Positions 1 to 9,756 of a stretch of 64,000 nucleotides of DNA are shown piece after piece. Below the pieces are notes generated by a model, which saw only the letters and a program-made list of their open reading frames with translations, made no database searches and was not told the DNA's origin. A program made the position numbers and the translations under genes. The first letter of the stretch is position 1. Every line of letters starts with the position of its first letter. The stretch is from an uncultured Gemmatimonadales bacterium (GTDB taxonomy: Bacteria; Gemmatimonadota; Gemmatimonadetes; Longimicrobiales; Longimicrobiaceae). Where the stretch lies: positions 4,128,001-4,192,000 of the forward strand of contig OY970303.1 of NCBI GenBank assembly GCA_963716255.1, read 5' to 3'.

Positions 1-4
1 GGCG

Positions 5-179
5 GCCCTCACCCGGTGTCCTGGCACCGGTGCGAGTCCGCGGGAGGCTCCCACCCGGCGGCCTGAGAGCCGCCACCCTCCCCCAATTCCGGGGGAGGGC
101 TTCCCGACCCTGGGTTCTCTCGTGTCGTGCTCCCCCTTGCCCCCGCTTGCGGGGGAGAGGGGGCCGGGGGGTGAGGGGG
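5..179. repeat. REP-like palindrome cluster (CCCTCACCC...CCCTCTCCC-loop-GGGAGAGGG family)
   Basis: ccctcacccgg at 6, cccacccggcggcctgagagccgccaccctcccccaattccgggggaggg at ~50-99, and gggggagagggggccggggggtgagggg at ~150-179; related copies occur elsewhere in the window. Confidence 0.7.
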
Positions 180-204
180 TCCAGCGGACGCCAGCGCGGG
201 CCCC

Positions 205-337
205 GCGTGAGGGATTTCGGCCCGAAGGGGCGAGACCCGGCGGGGCTGTTTCCGCCGGGGCTCGACTCCGTTGGGCTGCGTTGTTTGCAGCCCTACGGAG
301 CCGAAGCCCGACCCCGGCGCCAGCCGGGGGCACGCCC
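205..337 (+). repeat. Structured dispersed intergenic element, copy A
   Basis: GCGTGAGGGATTTCGGCCCGAAGGGGCGAGACCC...CTCCGT-stem-ACGGAGCCGAAGCCCGACCCCGGCGCCAGCCGGGGGCACGCCC; one of 13 copies. Confidence 0.95.
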
Positions 338-363
338 GAACCTGCCGTCACGGCAGTCGCAGT

Positions 364-1722
364 TCAGCCGTTCGGTTCCGAGAACGCCCGCACGAGCCGG
401 TACAGGAACTCCTGCCCCTCGTGGTAAGACTGCACGGAGATGCGCTCGTCGGGGGCGTGGGCGCGGGTGTCGTCCAGGTCAAGAAAGATCCCGGTGACGC
501 CGTACATGGGGATCCCCGCCTGGCGGAAGTACAGGCTGTCCGTGGCGCCGATTCCCATGGTGGGGACCACGGGGACGCCGGGCCACATCTGCGAGGTGAC
601 GCGCTCGATGGGCTCCATCACCTCCGGCAGCAGCGGCGAGGGCGGGCTGGGCTTTGCGGCGACCAGGGGGCGCACCTCCACGCGCTCGTCGGCGACGACC
701 TCCACCAGCGCGCGCCGCACCTCCTCGGGCGAGATGCCGGGGAGGAGGCGGCAGTTGACCACGGCGCGGGCGGTCTGCGGGATGGTGTTGTTGGACACCC
801 CGGCGTCCAGCCGCGTGACCGCCCAGGTGGTGCGGATCAGCCCGTTGTACTGCGGCAGGGCGGATAGCCGCTCGACGGCCCCGGGGTCGGGCGGGTCCAG
901 GAGCAGGGCGCGCATGTCCCCGGCCACCTGGCCGCTCTCGATGCCGGCCATACGCGCGAAGAAGGCGCGCGCCACCTCGCTCACCTGCGTGGGGAAGCGG
1001 TGCGCGGCGATGCGCCCCAGCGCGGCGGACAGGTGGTAGATGGCGTTGTCCGGGGTGGGGAGCGAGCTGTGGCCGGCGGCGCCGCGGGCCTCCAGCTCGA
1101 AGTCGGCGTACACCTTCTCGCTGGCCTGCACGGTGTTGGAGATGCGCCGCCCCCCGCGGCTGCGCCCGTAGCCGCCCTCGTTGATCCCGAATTCGGCGTC
1201 CACCAGGTCGCGCCGCTCTTGCGCCAGCCACCGCGCCCCGTTGTGGTCGCCGCCCTCCTCGTCGGCGGTGAGCGCCACCACCAGGTCGCGGTCCGGGACG
1301 AAGCCCTCGGCGCGCAGGCGCAGCAGGGTCGCCACCCAGATGGAGGCCAGCGCCTTCTGGTCGGTGGTGCCGCGCCCGTAGAAGAAGCCGTCCCGCTCCA
1401 CCATCTCGAAGGGCGGTGTGCTCCACTCCTCCGGGTCCGCGTCCACCACGTCCAGGTGCGCCAGGAGCAGCAGCGGCCGGCGGGCGCCGGTGCCGCGCAG
1501 GCGGGCCACCAGGTTGTGCTTGCGCGGGTCGGGGCCGGCGACCTCGATGTCCTCTTCGGGCCAGCCGGCCGAGCGCAGCCGCCGCGCCACGGCCTCGGCG
1601 GCCACGGTGACGCTGCCGCCGGTGTCGGTGGTGTCGATGGCGATGATCTCCGCGAACACGTCGCGGGCGAGCGCCCGGTACTCCGGGGGCGGGGTGCGGG
1701 CCGGGTCGAGGGTGTCGTGCAT
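364..1722 (-). CDS. M20/M25/M40 family metallo-hydrolase (peptidase/aminoacylase)
   Basis: LLAHLDVV, YGRGTTDQK, ADEEGG, GHSS, GATDS and HAPDERI motifs; start placed at MHDTLD. Confidence 0.88.
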   Translation of the reverse strand: MHDTLDPARTPPPEYRALARDVFAEIIAIDTTDTGGSVTVAAEAVARRLRSAGWPEEDIEVAGPDPRKHNLVARLRGTGARRPLLLLAHLDVVDADPEEWSTPPFEMVERDGFFYGRGTTDQKALASIWVATLLRLRAEGFVPDRDLVVALTADEEGGDHNGARWLAQERRDLVDAEFGINEGGYGRSRGGRRISNTVQASEKVYADFELEARGAAGHSSLPTPDNAIYHLSAALGRIAAHRFPTQVSEVARAFFARMAGIESGQVAGDMRALLLDPPDPGAVERLSALPQYNGLIRTTWAVTRLDAGVSNNTIPQTARAVVNCRLLPGISPEEVRRALVEVVADERVEVRPLVAAKPSPPSPLLPEVMEPIERVTSQMWPGVPVVPTMGIGATDSLYFRQAGIPMYGVTGIFLDLDDTRAHAPDERISVQSYHEGQEFLYRLVRAFSEPNG

Positions 1723-1852
1723 GGGGATGGCGGGCTCGGGTCGTCCGGGTGGTGGGGCCGCGGCGGGCCCCGCTGCTTGCCACGGCCGCCCGCACAGCGC
1801 ATTCTGTGCCGGTCCCCCCACGCCTCCGTTTCCGCACCACCTCCGGGTAGCC

Positions 1853-3184
1853 ATGCGCGTCCTGCTTCCGACCTCCGCCCTGGTGGCGGCCGCCCTCGTC
1901 CCGCTCGTCCTGTCCCCCGCGCCGGCGCTCGCCCAGGCCCGCGACCCCTACCTGGCGCGGGCCGAGCGCGTGCTGCGCTCCACGCCGCTGGTGGACGGCC
2001 ACAACGACCTCCCGTGGCGGATCCGCGAGGACTCGCTGCACCCCGGCGACGTGGAGGCGTACGACCTGCGCCGGACGACGCCGGGGATGACGGACCTGGA
2101 GCGGCTGCGGAAGGGGATGCTGGGGGCGCAGTTCTGGTCGGTGTACCTGCCGGGCGAGCCCGGGGCGGACGACTACGCGCCCAACGGCCGGGTGAGCGGG
2201 ACGCCGGGGTACGCGCGGGTGCAGCTGGAGCAGATCGACATCGCCCGCCGCATCGTCGACAGGTACCCGGACCGCTTCGCCTGGGCGCTGACCCCGGCGG
2301 ACGTGCGCCGCGTCTTCCGCCAGGGCAAGGTGGGGTCGCTGCTGGGGATGGAGGGCGGGCACGCGATCGAGAACTCGCTGGGGGCGCTGCGGGTCTTCTA
2401 CGGCACCGGGGTGCGCTACATGACGCTCACCCACAACGTCACCACCGACTGGGCGGACGCGGCCATGGACAGCGCGCGCCACGGCGGGCTCACGCCCTTC
2501 GGCGAGGAGGTGGTGCGGGAGATGAACCGGCTGGGGATGCTGGTGGACCTGTCGCACGTGTCGCCGGGCACCATGAGCGACGCGCTGCGGGTGACGGCGG
2601 CGCCGGTGATCTTCTCGCACTCGGGCGCGCGAGCGCTGGTGGACCACCCGCGCAACGTGCCGGACTCGATCCTCGCGCGGGTGAAGCAGAACGGCGGCGT
2701 GGTGATGGTGCCCTTCGTGACCGGCTTCGTGTCGCCGGAGGTGGCCCGCTACGGCGACGAGCGCGAGGCGGCGATGCGCGAGATCCGGGCGCGCATCCCG
2801 GCCGGCGACCGCGCGGCGATGCGCGGCGAGATGCAGGCGTGGACCGCGGCGCACCCCGCGCCCAGGGCGACGCTGGCGCAGGTGGCCGACCAGATCGAGC
2901 ACGTGCGCCGCGTGGCGGGGGCGGACCACGTGGGGATCGGCGGCGACTTCGACGGGATCACGGACGTGGTGGTGGGGCTGGAGGACGTGTCCACCTACCC
3001 GGCGCTCTTCGCGGAGCTGGCACGCCGCGGCTGGTCGGACGCGGACCTGCGCAAGCTCGCCGGCGAGAACGTGCTGCGCGTCCTGGGCCAGGCGCAGCAG
3101 GTGGCGCAGCGCCTCCAGCGGGAGCGCGCGCCGTCCACCCGGACCATCCAGCAGCTGGACGGCGCCGCCGGGAGGACGCGGTGA
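1853..3184 (+). CDS. Membrane dipeptidase (peptidase M19), secreted
   Basis: Signal peptide; DGHNDLP, MEGGH, TLTHN, DLSH, FSHS and GIGGDFDG motifs. Confidence 0.92.
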   Translation: MRVLLPTSALVAAALVPLVLSPAPALAQARDPYLARAERVLRSTPLVDGHNDLPWRIREDSLHPGDVEAYDLRRTTPGMTDLERLRKGMLGAQFWSVYLPGEPGADDYAPNGRVSGTPGYARVQLEQIDIARRIVDRYPDRFAWALTPADVRRVFRQGKVGSLLGMEGGHAIENSLGALRVFYGTGVRYMTLTHNVTTDWADAAMDSARHGGLTPFGEEVVREMNRLGMLVDLSHVSPGTMSDALRVTAAPVIFSHSGARALVDHPRNVPDSILARVKQNGGVVMVPFVTGFVSPEVARYGDEREAAMREIRARIPAGDRAAMRGEMQAWTAAHPAPRATLAQVADQIEHVRRVAGADHVGIGGDFDGITDVVVGLEDVSTYPALFAELARRGWSDADLRKLAGENVLRVLGQAQQVAQRLQRERAPSTRTIQQLDGAAGRTR

Positions 3185-4731
3185 GCCGCCGCGGCGCCGC
3201 CCTCGCGGCGGCGCTGCCCCTGGCGCTCGTCCTGGCGGGCGGCGCGGCCGGCTGCGCGGCGGGTCCGGTTCCCGGGACCGCGGCGCAGCGGGCGCTGGCG
3301 GCGGACGCGCCCGCGCCCTCCCCGGAGGCGATCACCGAGGCGGAGCTGCGGCGCGACCTGTTCGCCATGGCCTCGGACGAGATGCGCGGGCGGCTGGCGG
3401 GGGAGCTGGACGAGATGCGCGCTTCGGCCTGGGTGGCGGAGCGCGCGCGGGAGGCGGGGCTCCTCCCCGCGGGCGACGACGGCACCTACTTCCAGTTCTG
3501 GCCCATGCGCAGGGTGCGCACCGCGGCCGACGCGCGGATCTCGCTGGGCGGGGCGCCGCTGGCGCTGGGGCGCGACGCGGTGGTGGTGACGCCGGTGGAC
3601 GCGCGCGTGGAGCTGCCGGTGGTGTGGGTGGGGGAGGGGACGGAGGCGGAGCTGGCCGCCGTGGACGTGCGCGGCAAGGCGGCGGCGGCGGTGCTCGGCC
3701 GCCCGCGGGCGGCGCCCGCGCCGGGGATGAGCCTGTGGGCGCGGCGCTACACCATGGCGGCGCTCCGCGAGCGCGCGGCCCTGCTGGCGCAGCGCGGGGC
3801 GGCGGCGGTGATCCTGGTGTCGGACTCGGTCGCGGAAACGCAGTTCGGGATCTCTGGGAGCTACTACCTGCGCGGGACGTACGCGCTGGACACGGGCGCG
3901 GAGGCGCGGCCCACGGGGGCGCCGCCGACCCTCTGGCTCCCGCGCTCGGCGCTGGAGGCGGTGCGCCGGCCCGGACAGCGCCTCGTGGCGGAGCTGTCCA
4001 CGGAAAGCTTCGTCTACCCCTCGGTGAACGTGGTGGCGAGGGTGCCGGGGGTGGACGCGGCGCTTGCCGGCGAGCACGTGCTCTTCAGCGGGCACCAGGA
4101 CCACGACGGCACGCGGGTGGCGGTGAACGGCGACTCCATCTGGAACGGGGCGGACGACAACGTCACCACCAGCGTGGCGCTGCTCGCCATCGGCCGGGCG
4201 CTGGTGCGCCAGCCGGGGCGGCGGAGCGCGCTGTTCGTGTGGCACGGGGCGGAGGAGCGGGGGCTGCTGGGGTCGCGCTGGTTCGTGCGCCACCCCACGG
4301 TGCCGCGCGGCTCCATCGTGGCGGTGCTCAACGGCGACATGCTGGGGCGCAACCACCCGGATTCGGCGGCGCTGCTGGGGTCGCGCCCTCCGCACCGCAG
4401 CTCGGGCGAGCTGGTGGCCATGGCGGAGGCGGCCAACGCGCGGGTGTCCCGCTTCGCGCTGGACACCGCCTGGGACGCGCCCACGCACCCGGAGGGGTGG
4501 TACTTCCGCAGCGACCACCTGCCGTACGCCTGCGCCGGCATCCCGTCGCTGTTCTTCACCACGCTGCTGCACCCGGACTACCACACGCCGGAGGACGAGT
4601 CCGAGCGCATCGACGTCGCCAAGCTCGCGCGGATGACGCGGTGGATGTACGCGACCGGGTGGAGCGCGGCGCAGGCGGACCGCCGGCCGGCGCTGGAGCC
4701 GGGGTTCAAGCTGGAGCGGCCCTGCACGTAA
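3181..4731 (+). CDS. M28 family peptidase with PA domain, probable lipoprotein
   Basis: GTG start overlaps upstream TGA; lipobox-like AAGC; GHQDH, NGADDN, AEERGLLGS, RSDH and DYHT motifs. Confidence 0.9.
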   Translation: MSRRGAALAAALPLALVLAGGAAGCAAGPVPGTAAQRALAADAPAPSPEAITEAELRRDLFAMASDEMRGRLAGELDEMRASAWVAERAREAGLLPAGDDGTYFQFWPMRRVRTAADARISLGGAPLALGRDAVVVTPVDARVELPVVWVGEGTEAELAAVDVRGKAAAAVLGRPRAAPAPGMSLWARRYTMAALRERAALLAQRGAAAVILVSDSVAETQFGISGSYYLRGTYALDTGAEARPTGAPPTLWLPRSALEAVRRPGQRLVAELSTESFVYPSVNVVARVPGVDAALAGEHVLFSGHQDHDGTRVAVNGDSIWNGADDNVTTSVALLAIGRALVRQPGRRSALFVWHGAEERGLLGSRWFVRHPTVPRGSIVAVLNGDMLGRNHPDSAALLGSRPPHRSSGELVAMAEAANARVSRFALDTAWDAPTHPEGWYFRSDHLPYACAGIPSLFFTTLLHPDYHTPEDESERIDVAKLARMTRWMYATGWSAAQADRRPALEPGFKLERPCT

Positions 4732-4933
4732 GCGGTTTTCGTCGTCGGACCAGGGCTCCGCAGGAACCGGGGGGCACGCTCGCGCGAGCGTGCCCCCCGT
4801 CACATGTGCGCCCCACCGCGGCCGCCCGTGTCGCCGCCGTTCTTGTCCCGCCCGCGGGGCCGCTGTACCGTGAGGAGCGGCCCCGCTCGCCCGGGGACCG
4901 GCACGGCTCCGGCCCGTACCCGAGGAAGCTTCC

Positions 4934-6640
4934 ATGCACGAGCGAATCGCCGCCGAAGAGCTGCCCGAGCGCGTCCGGGCGAAGCCGGCTCCGACTTCCG
5001 CCGCGCGCGCCCCGCAGGCCCCGGACTCGCTGTGGGGCGCGCTCGCGCAGCGCGCGCGGCCGCGCGGCGCCCGTGCCGCAGACGCCGAGGAGCGCGAGGC
5101 CCGCCGGGTGGCCGACGCGGTGGTGGGGGACGCGGCGGAGGCAGGCGGAGAGCGGCCGGCCCCGGCCGCGTCGCACGGTGCGGCGGCGGGCGCCGGTTCC
5201 GTCCCAGAGCTCGGCGGCGGGGAGCCGCTGCCGGCCGGCGAGCGGGCGCGGTTCGAGGCGCGCTTCGGCTTCGACTTCAGCCAGGTGCGCATCCACCACG
5301 ACGCGCGCGCCGACCGGGCGGCGGAGCCCATCGCCGCGTCGGCGTTCACGCTGGGCAGCCACATCGCGTTCCGCAGCGGGAGCTACGACCCGCGCTCCGA
5401 GGCGGGCCGGCGCCTGCTCGCGCACGAGCTCGCGCACGTGGTGCAGCAGCGCGGCGGCGCGACGAGCCCGGCGGCCGGGCCCATCGGCGCCACGCCGGTG
5501 GGCGTGGCGCGCTCCGGGCCGCCCGAGACCCGGGCCTCCGTGCACCAGCGGATGCTCAAGGGGATGATCGAGCTGGCGGGCCGGTTCCCGAGCGACGACG
5601 AGGCCCGGCAGGAGGCGCTGGTGGGACTGCTGGGGACCGTCCCCGAGGCGCAGATCGCCGGCCTGTACCACAGGCTGGAGCCCGGCGCGCCGAAGGACGA
5701 CTTCGCCCTCTACTTCAAGCAGAAGTTCGCTTTCTCGCGGGCCGAGGGGCTGACGTACCTGCGCAACCGGATGCCGGCGCCGGCGAAGGCCACGACCGGA
5801 TCGAAGTCCTCACCCGAGGTCCCCGGAAAGGAGATCGGCAAGGAGATCGCGGCGGCCGGCTGCAGCGTGCCGTCCGAGAGCTCCGGCGCGCCCGCGATCG
5901 GCTTCGGCAACTCGATGGCCGGCGAGGGCTACACGATGAACCCGAAGTACTGGAACGTCGATTATATCCTGGTCAAGAACGACAAGCGGCGGACCTTCAC
6001 CGCGACGGCCGCGAAGTCGGGGTGGAAGCAGACGACCGAGTTCCTCGAAAAGAACAAGGACTGGGAGGGCTCGGTCCTGGACGTGCGGATGGGAGTCGGC
6101 AAGTACGGCGCGGCCGCGGCGATCGAGGACGTCTACAACCCGCTGTCGGCGTCGACGTATTCGGTCGACTGCCTGGCCATGGCCACGCTGGTGCAGATGC
6201 GCGGGATCCACATGTCGTACCCGGAAGCGTCGCGGGACGCGGACTTCGACCTCGACTACGGCTCGTTCACCATGGACCGGTTCGGCGACAGCAGCAAGCT
6301 GCCGACCAGCAGCCTGGACAGGGACCTGGACGTCACCACGCTGGACGCGCCGGTCGCGCTCAAGGACTACGCGAAGGTTGGGCTCCAGCCCGGGGACCAG
6401 GTGCCGATCTCCAACCCGTTCATCACCAGCGGGGCGTGGATGACGGAAAACACCGTCTACGTGGGCGACGGCAAGTTCTTCGGCCATCCCTTCCCCGTGA
6501 TGACGGTGGACGAGTACGCGAAGAAGCTCGCGGCGAAGCTGGATCCCACGAAGTCCCTGGAGGAAAGGCAGAAGTACGTGCTGGAGCACTCGCAGATCCG
6601 CTCCTACTCGCGGCCCCGCACACGCGCCGCGCGGAAGTAG
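4934..6640 (+). CDS. DUF4157 (eCIS core) protein with C-terminal Tgl-like transglutaminase/papain-fold domain; candidate effector
   Basis: FGFDFSQVRIH...AFTLGSHIAF...LLAHELAHVVQQ; C-terminal NPKYW, YSVDCLAMA and PGDQV..N...W.TENTVYVGDGKFFGH. Confidence 0.75.
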   Translation: MHERIAAEELPERVRAKPAPTSAARAPQAPDSLWGALAQRARPRGARAADAEEREARRVADAVVGDAAEAGGERPAPAASHGAAAGAGSVPELGGGEPLPAGERARFEARFGFDFSQVRIHHDARADRAAEPIAASAFTLGSHIAFRSGSYDPRSEAGRRLLAHELAHVVQQRGGATSPAAGPIGATPVGVARSGPPETRASVHQRMLKGMIELAGRFPSDDEARQEALVGLLGTVPEAQIAGLYHRLEPGAPKDDFALYFKQKFAFSRAEGLTYLRNRMPAPAKATTGSKSSPEVPGKEIGKEIAAAGCSVPSESSGAPAIGFGNSMAGEGYTMNPKYWNVDYILVKNDKRRTFTATAAKSGWKQTTEFLEKNKDWEGSVLDVRMGVGKYGAAAAIEDVYNPLSASTYSVDCLAMATLVQMRGIHMSYPEASRDADFDLDYGSFTMDRFGDSSKLPTSSLDRDLDVTTLDAPVALKDYAKVGLQPGDQVPISNPFITSGAWMTENTVYVGDGKFFGHPFPVMTVDEYAKKLAAKLDPTKSLEERQKYVLEHSQIRSYSRPRTRAARK

Positions 6641-6661
6641 GCGCTGTCCCCGTCCACGTGA

Positions 6662-6693
6662 AAGCCGCGCCCCGGCCAGCCTGGGGCGCGGCT
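6662..6693 (+). terminator. Hairpin after the DUF4157 gene (putative terminator)
   Basis: aagccgcgcccc-ggccagcct-ggggcgcggctt inverted repeat. Confidence 0.5.
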
Positions 6694-6756
6694 TCCGCTT
6701 ATCCCGGACGCCGGCCGATCCGGTTTCGCGGCCGTCTGCTTCCGAAAGGAAACCGA

Positions 6757-8070
6757 ATGTCCACTCGGGTGTATGCAGCCGCGGAAGTCGCACCGCACCC
6801 GAACGGAACCCCGCCCATGCTCGTCATTCGACGCACCGACACCGGCGGCCTGCGCGTGTCGGACGGACGCCGCACCGACACCGCCGCCACCGAGGAGCAC
6901 GCCCGACGCGTCGTCACGGCGTGGGGCTACGGCAACTTCTCCTTCAACAGGGCGCTGATCCTGATGAAGGAGAGCGAGGGCTCCATCGCCCCCGTCGCCA
7001 ACCCGTGGCTCGCCCGCCGCGGCGCCGAGTCCTCCGCACCCGCGGCCTCGGCCGTCGCGACGCCGCACGCCGAAACCAAGCCCGAGCCCGCCGCGCCCGG
7101 CAGCCTCAAGGAGCCGCCCACGATGAACGTCCCCGCGCGCTCGCGCCGCCCCCGCGCCGCCGGTCTGCCGGCGCCAGGGGAGACCGCCGCCGCGCCCGCC
7201 TCGCCCGTGGTGACGGCGGACGCCCCGGTGGCCGAGACCGCGCTCCGCCCGCGCCGCGCCCGGAAGGCGCGCCCCGCCGACGCGGAACCGTCCTCGCCCG
7301 TCGTCGGCGAGACCCACCAGGAGCCCGTCGCGGAAACGTCCGTCCCGGAGGCGCCCGTCGGGCACGCGCCTGTCGCTGACGTGCCCGTCGCGGCGCTGCC
7401 GTCCGCCCCGACGGAGGTGCCCGCGAAGGCCGCGAACGGCACCCGTCCCCGTCGCGCCCGGAAGCCGAACGCTCCCGCGTCGGAGCCGGCCGCCGAAGCC
7501 CCGCGGGCCGCCGTCGAGCCGTCCACGGTCGCGGAAACGGCAACTGCGCCTGATCAGGGGCAGGGGACGGCACCCGCGCGCAGGCGTGGCCGTCGTCCGA
7601 AGGCAGAATCGACCGCGGCGGCCGACGTGCAGCCCGCCGCGCCTGCCGAGGCCGTGCCCGACCCTGTATCCGAGCCCGTGTCCGAGGTTTCGACGCCGTC
7701 GCCGTCCGCCGTGTCCGCGGAGCCCGGGGCCGCCGCCGCGCCGCGGCCCCGGCGCCCGCGCGCGCCGCGCCGCGTCGCCGCGGAAGAGGCTCCCGCGCAG
7801 CCCGCGGCCGAGTCCGCGGCCCCCGCGCCGGCCGGAGCCGGGGCACAGGCGCCCTCGCCGAAGGCGGAGCGCGCCCGTTTCCGTGCCGCCGCGCGCACGC
7901 CGGAGGAGTGGCTTGAAGCCGCGCGCGTGCTGTTCGCCGAGGGGACGCAGGCGCTCCGGGAGATCGAGTCGGCCACGCTGCCGTTCGCGCGGGGCCCCTG
8001 GACCGAGCTGCGGACCCAGAGCGCGGAGATCCTGGCCTGCCTCCAGGGGAAGAAGCCGGACCGGAGCTGA
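6757..8070 (+). CDS. Hypothetical protein with a long Pro/Ala/Glu-rich disordered centre and recurring Arg-rich motifs
   Basis: RBS aaagga then ATG (MSTRVYAA); consistent high-GC codon pattern; hairpin downstream at ~8101-8132. Confidence 0.7.
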   Translation: MSTRVYAAAEVAPHPNGTPPMLVIRRTDTGGLRVSDGRRTDTAATEEHARRVVTAWGYGNFSFNRALILMKESEGSIAPVANPWLARRGAESSAPAASAVATPHAETKPEPAAPGSLKEPPTMNVPARSRRPRAAGLPAPGETAAAPASPVVTADAPVAETALRPRRARKARPADAEPSSPVVGETHQEPVAETSVPEAPVGHAPVADVPVAALPSAPTEVPAKAANGTRPRRARKPNAPASEPAAEAPRAAVEPSTVAETATAPDQGQGTAPARRRGRRPKAESTAAADVQPAAPAEAVPDPVSEPVSEVSTPSPSAVSAEPGAAAAPRPRRPRAPRRVAAEEAPAQPAAESAAPAPAGAGAQAPSPKAERARFRAAARTPEEWLEAARVLFAEGTQALREIESATLPFARGPWTELRTQSAEILACLQGKKPDRS

Positions 8071-8263
8071 TCGTCCGGGTGGGACGCGAGGAGACGCGAG
8101 GAGGGCGCCCACCGGCCGCGGTGGGCGCCCTCCGTGTTTCCGCCCGCGGCGCCCGCGCGGGGGCGCCGCTTTCCCCGCTTCCGCCCGCCGCACTAGATTG
8201 CCCGGCGTCGCGAATCGTCGCGACCTGTCGCAGGTCGCCCACCCTCTCCACCTCGCGCCGGGG

Positions 8264-9064
8264 ATGCCAACCACGAGGACCCGCAGACGCCTCGCGGGCG
8301 CGCTCGCGCTCCTCGCGCTGGCGGCCGGGTGCGGGCGCGCCGCCGACCGGGACGCGCGCGCCGAGCCCGTCGTCCTGACGATCTCCGCGGCCTCCTCCCT
8401 GCGCGAGGCCGTCACCGAGCTCGCCGCCAGGTACGAGGCCGCGCACCCCGGCACCACGGTGCGGGTGAACCTGGGCGCGTCCGGCGCGCTCCGGCAGCAG
8501 ATCGAGCGGGGCGCCCGCGTGGACGTGTTCGTCGCCGCCGCGCGCGGGCCCATGGACGCGCTGGCCGAGCGCGGCCTGGTGGACCCCGCCACCCGCGCCG
8601 ACCTCGCCGGCAACACCCTGGTGGTGGTGGTCCCCCGCGGCTCCCGCGCGGTGCGCGGCTTCCGCGACCTCGCGGCGCCGCGCGTGCGGCGCGTGGCGCT
8701 GGGCGCGCCCGGCTCCGTGCCCGCGGGCGAGTACGCCCTGGAGGCGCTGCGCAGCCAGGGGATCGCGGCCGCCGTGGAGGCAAAGGCCGTGTACGCGCAG
8801 AACGCGCGGCAGGTGCTCGCCTACGTGGAGTCCGGCAACGTGGACGCCGGGATCGTCTACGCCACCGACGCCGCCGCCTCGCCGCGCGTGGCCGTGGCCG
8901 CCGCCGCGCCGCCGGGGAGCCACCGCCCCATCGTCTACCCGCTCGCCGTGGTGCGCTCCGGCGGCCACCCGCGCGAGGCCCGCGCGCTCGCCGCGTACCT
9001 GCGCGGGCCCCAGGCGCGCGAGGTCCTCCGCCGCCGCGGCTTCCTCCCTCCCCCCGCGCCGTGA
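8264..9064 (+). CDS. modA: Molybdate ABC transporter substrate-binding lipoprotein
   Basis: AASSL, GASGAL..QIE.GA..DVF, SVPAG.YA and IVYATDA motifs; lipobox AAGC. Confidence 0.93.
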   Translation: MPTTRTRRRLAGALALLALAAGCGRAADRDARAEPVVLTISAASSLREAVTELAARYEAAHPGTTVRVNLGASGALRQQIERGARVDVFVAAARGPMDALAERGLVDPATRADLAGNTLVVVVPRGSRAVRGFRDLAAPRVRRVALGAPGSVPAGEYALEALRSQGIAAAVEAKAVYAQNARQVLAYVESGNVDAGIVYATDAAASPRVAVAAAAPPGSHRPIVYPLAVVRSGGHPREARALAAYLRGPQAREVLRRRGFLPPPAP

Positions 9065-9756
9065 CGCTCGACTGGCAGCCCATCCTCCTGTCGCTCCGCG
9101 TCGCCGCCGCCGCGCTCCTGCTGGTGGCCGTGGCCGGCACGCTCGCCGCGCGCGCCATGACCCGGCGCGACTTTCCCGGCAAGGACGTGCTGGACGGGCT
9201 GCTGGTGCTCCCCCTGGTGCTCCCGCCCGTGGTCACCGGCTTCCTGCTGCTGGTGCTCCTGGGGCGGGGCGGCCCCGTGGGCGGCTTCCTGGAGCGTGCA
9301 TTCGGCGCGCAGCTCGTCTTCACCGTGTACGCCGCCGTGCTCGCCGCCGCCGTGGTCTCCTTTCCGCTGATGTACGGCAGCGCAAAGGCCGCCTTCCAGG
9401 GCGTGGACCGCCGGCTGGAGGACGCCGCCCGCACCCTGGGTGCCGGGGAGGCGCGCGTCTTCCTGCGCGTCACCCTGCCGCTGGCGTGGCCCGGGCTGGT
9501 GGCGGGAATCACCCTGTCGTTCGCGCGGGCGCTGGGCGAGTTCGGGGCCACGGTGATGGTGGCCGGCAACATCCCGGGGGAGACCACCACGGTGCCGCTG
9601 GCCATCTTCTTCGCCGCCGACGCCGGGGCAATGCGCACCGCCGGCGCGTACTCGCTGCTGATCGCCGGGGCCAGCATGGTCATGGTGGTGGGGCTGAACG
9701 CCTGGACCCGCCGGCGGGCCCCCGGGTGGCGGCGCGGGGGCGGGCCGCGTGCTTGA
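9061..9756 (+). CDS. modB: Molybdate ABC transporter permease
   Basis: LPLVLPPVVTG, LEDAARTLGA and FARALGEFGAT motifs; overlaps modA stop. Confidence 0.95.
   Translation: MTLDWQPILLSLRVAAAALLLVAVAGTLAARAMTRRDFPGKDVLDGLLVLPLVLPPVVTGFLLLVLLGRGGPVGGFLERAFGAQLVFTVYAAVLAAAVVSFPLMYGSAKAAFQGVDRRLEDAARTLGAGEARVFLRVTLPLAWPGLVAGITLSFARALGEFGATVMVAGNIPGETTTVPLAIFFAADAGAMRTAGAYSLLIAGASMVMVVGLNAWTRRRAPGWRRGGGPRA

Noticed and set aside
205..337. Known ribozyme (hammerhead) or group II intron domain V/VI fragment
   Set aside because: I could not find a CUGAUGA/GAAA core or a typical domain V on either strand by eye. Other ribozyme classes are not excluded without cmscan.
30..497. Recurring peptides in the ORF track (VRDFGPKGRDP, REGFRPEGARP, YGAEARPRRQPGARP) suggesting a repeated protein domain
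   Set aside because: They are translations of the non-coding element in several frames and strands. Copies differ by non-triplet indels and vary by base-pairing, not by codon position.
8071..8263. Moco riboswitch upstream of modA
   Set aside because: Only generic hairpins are present; no recognisable consensus.
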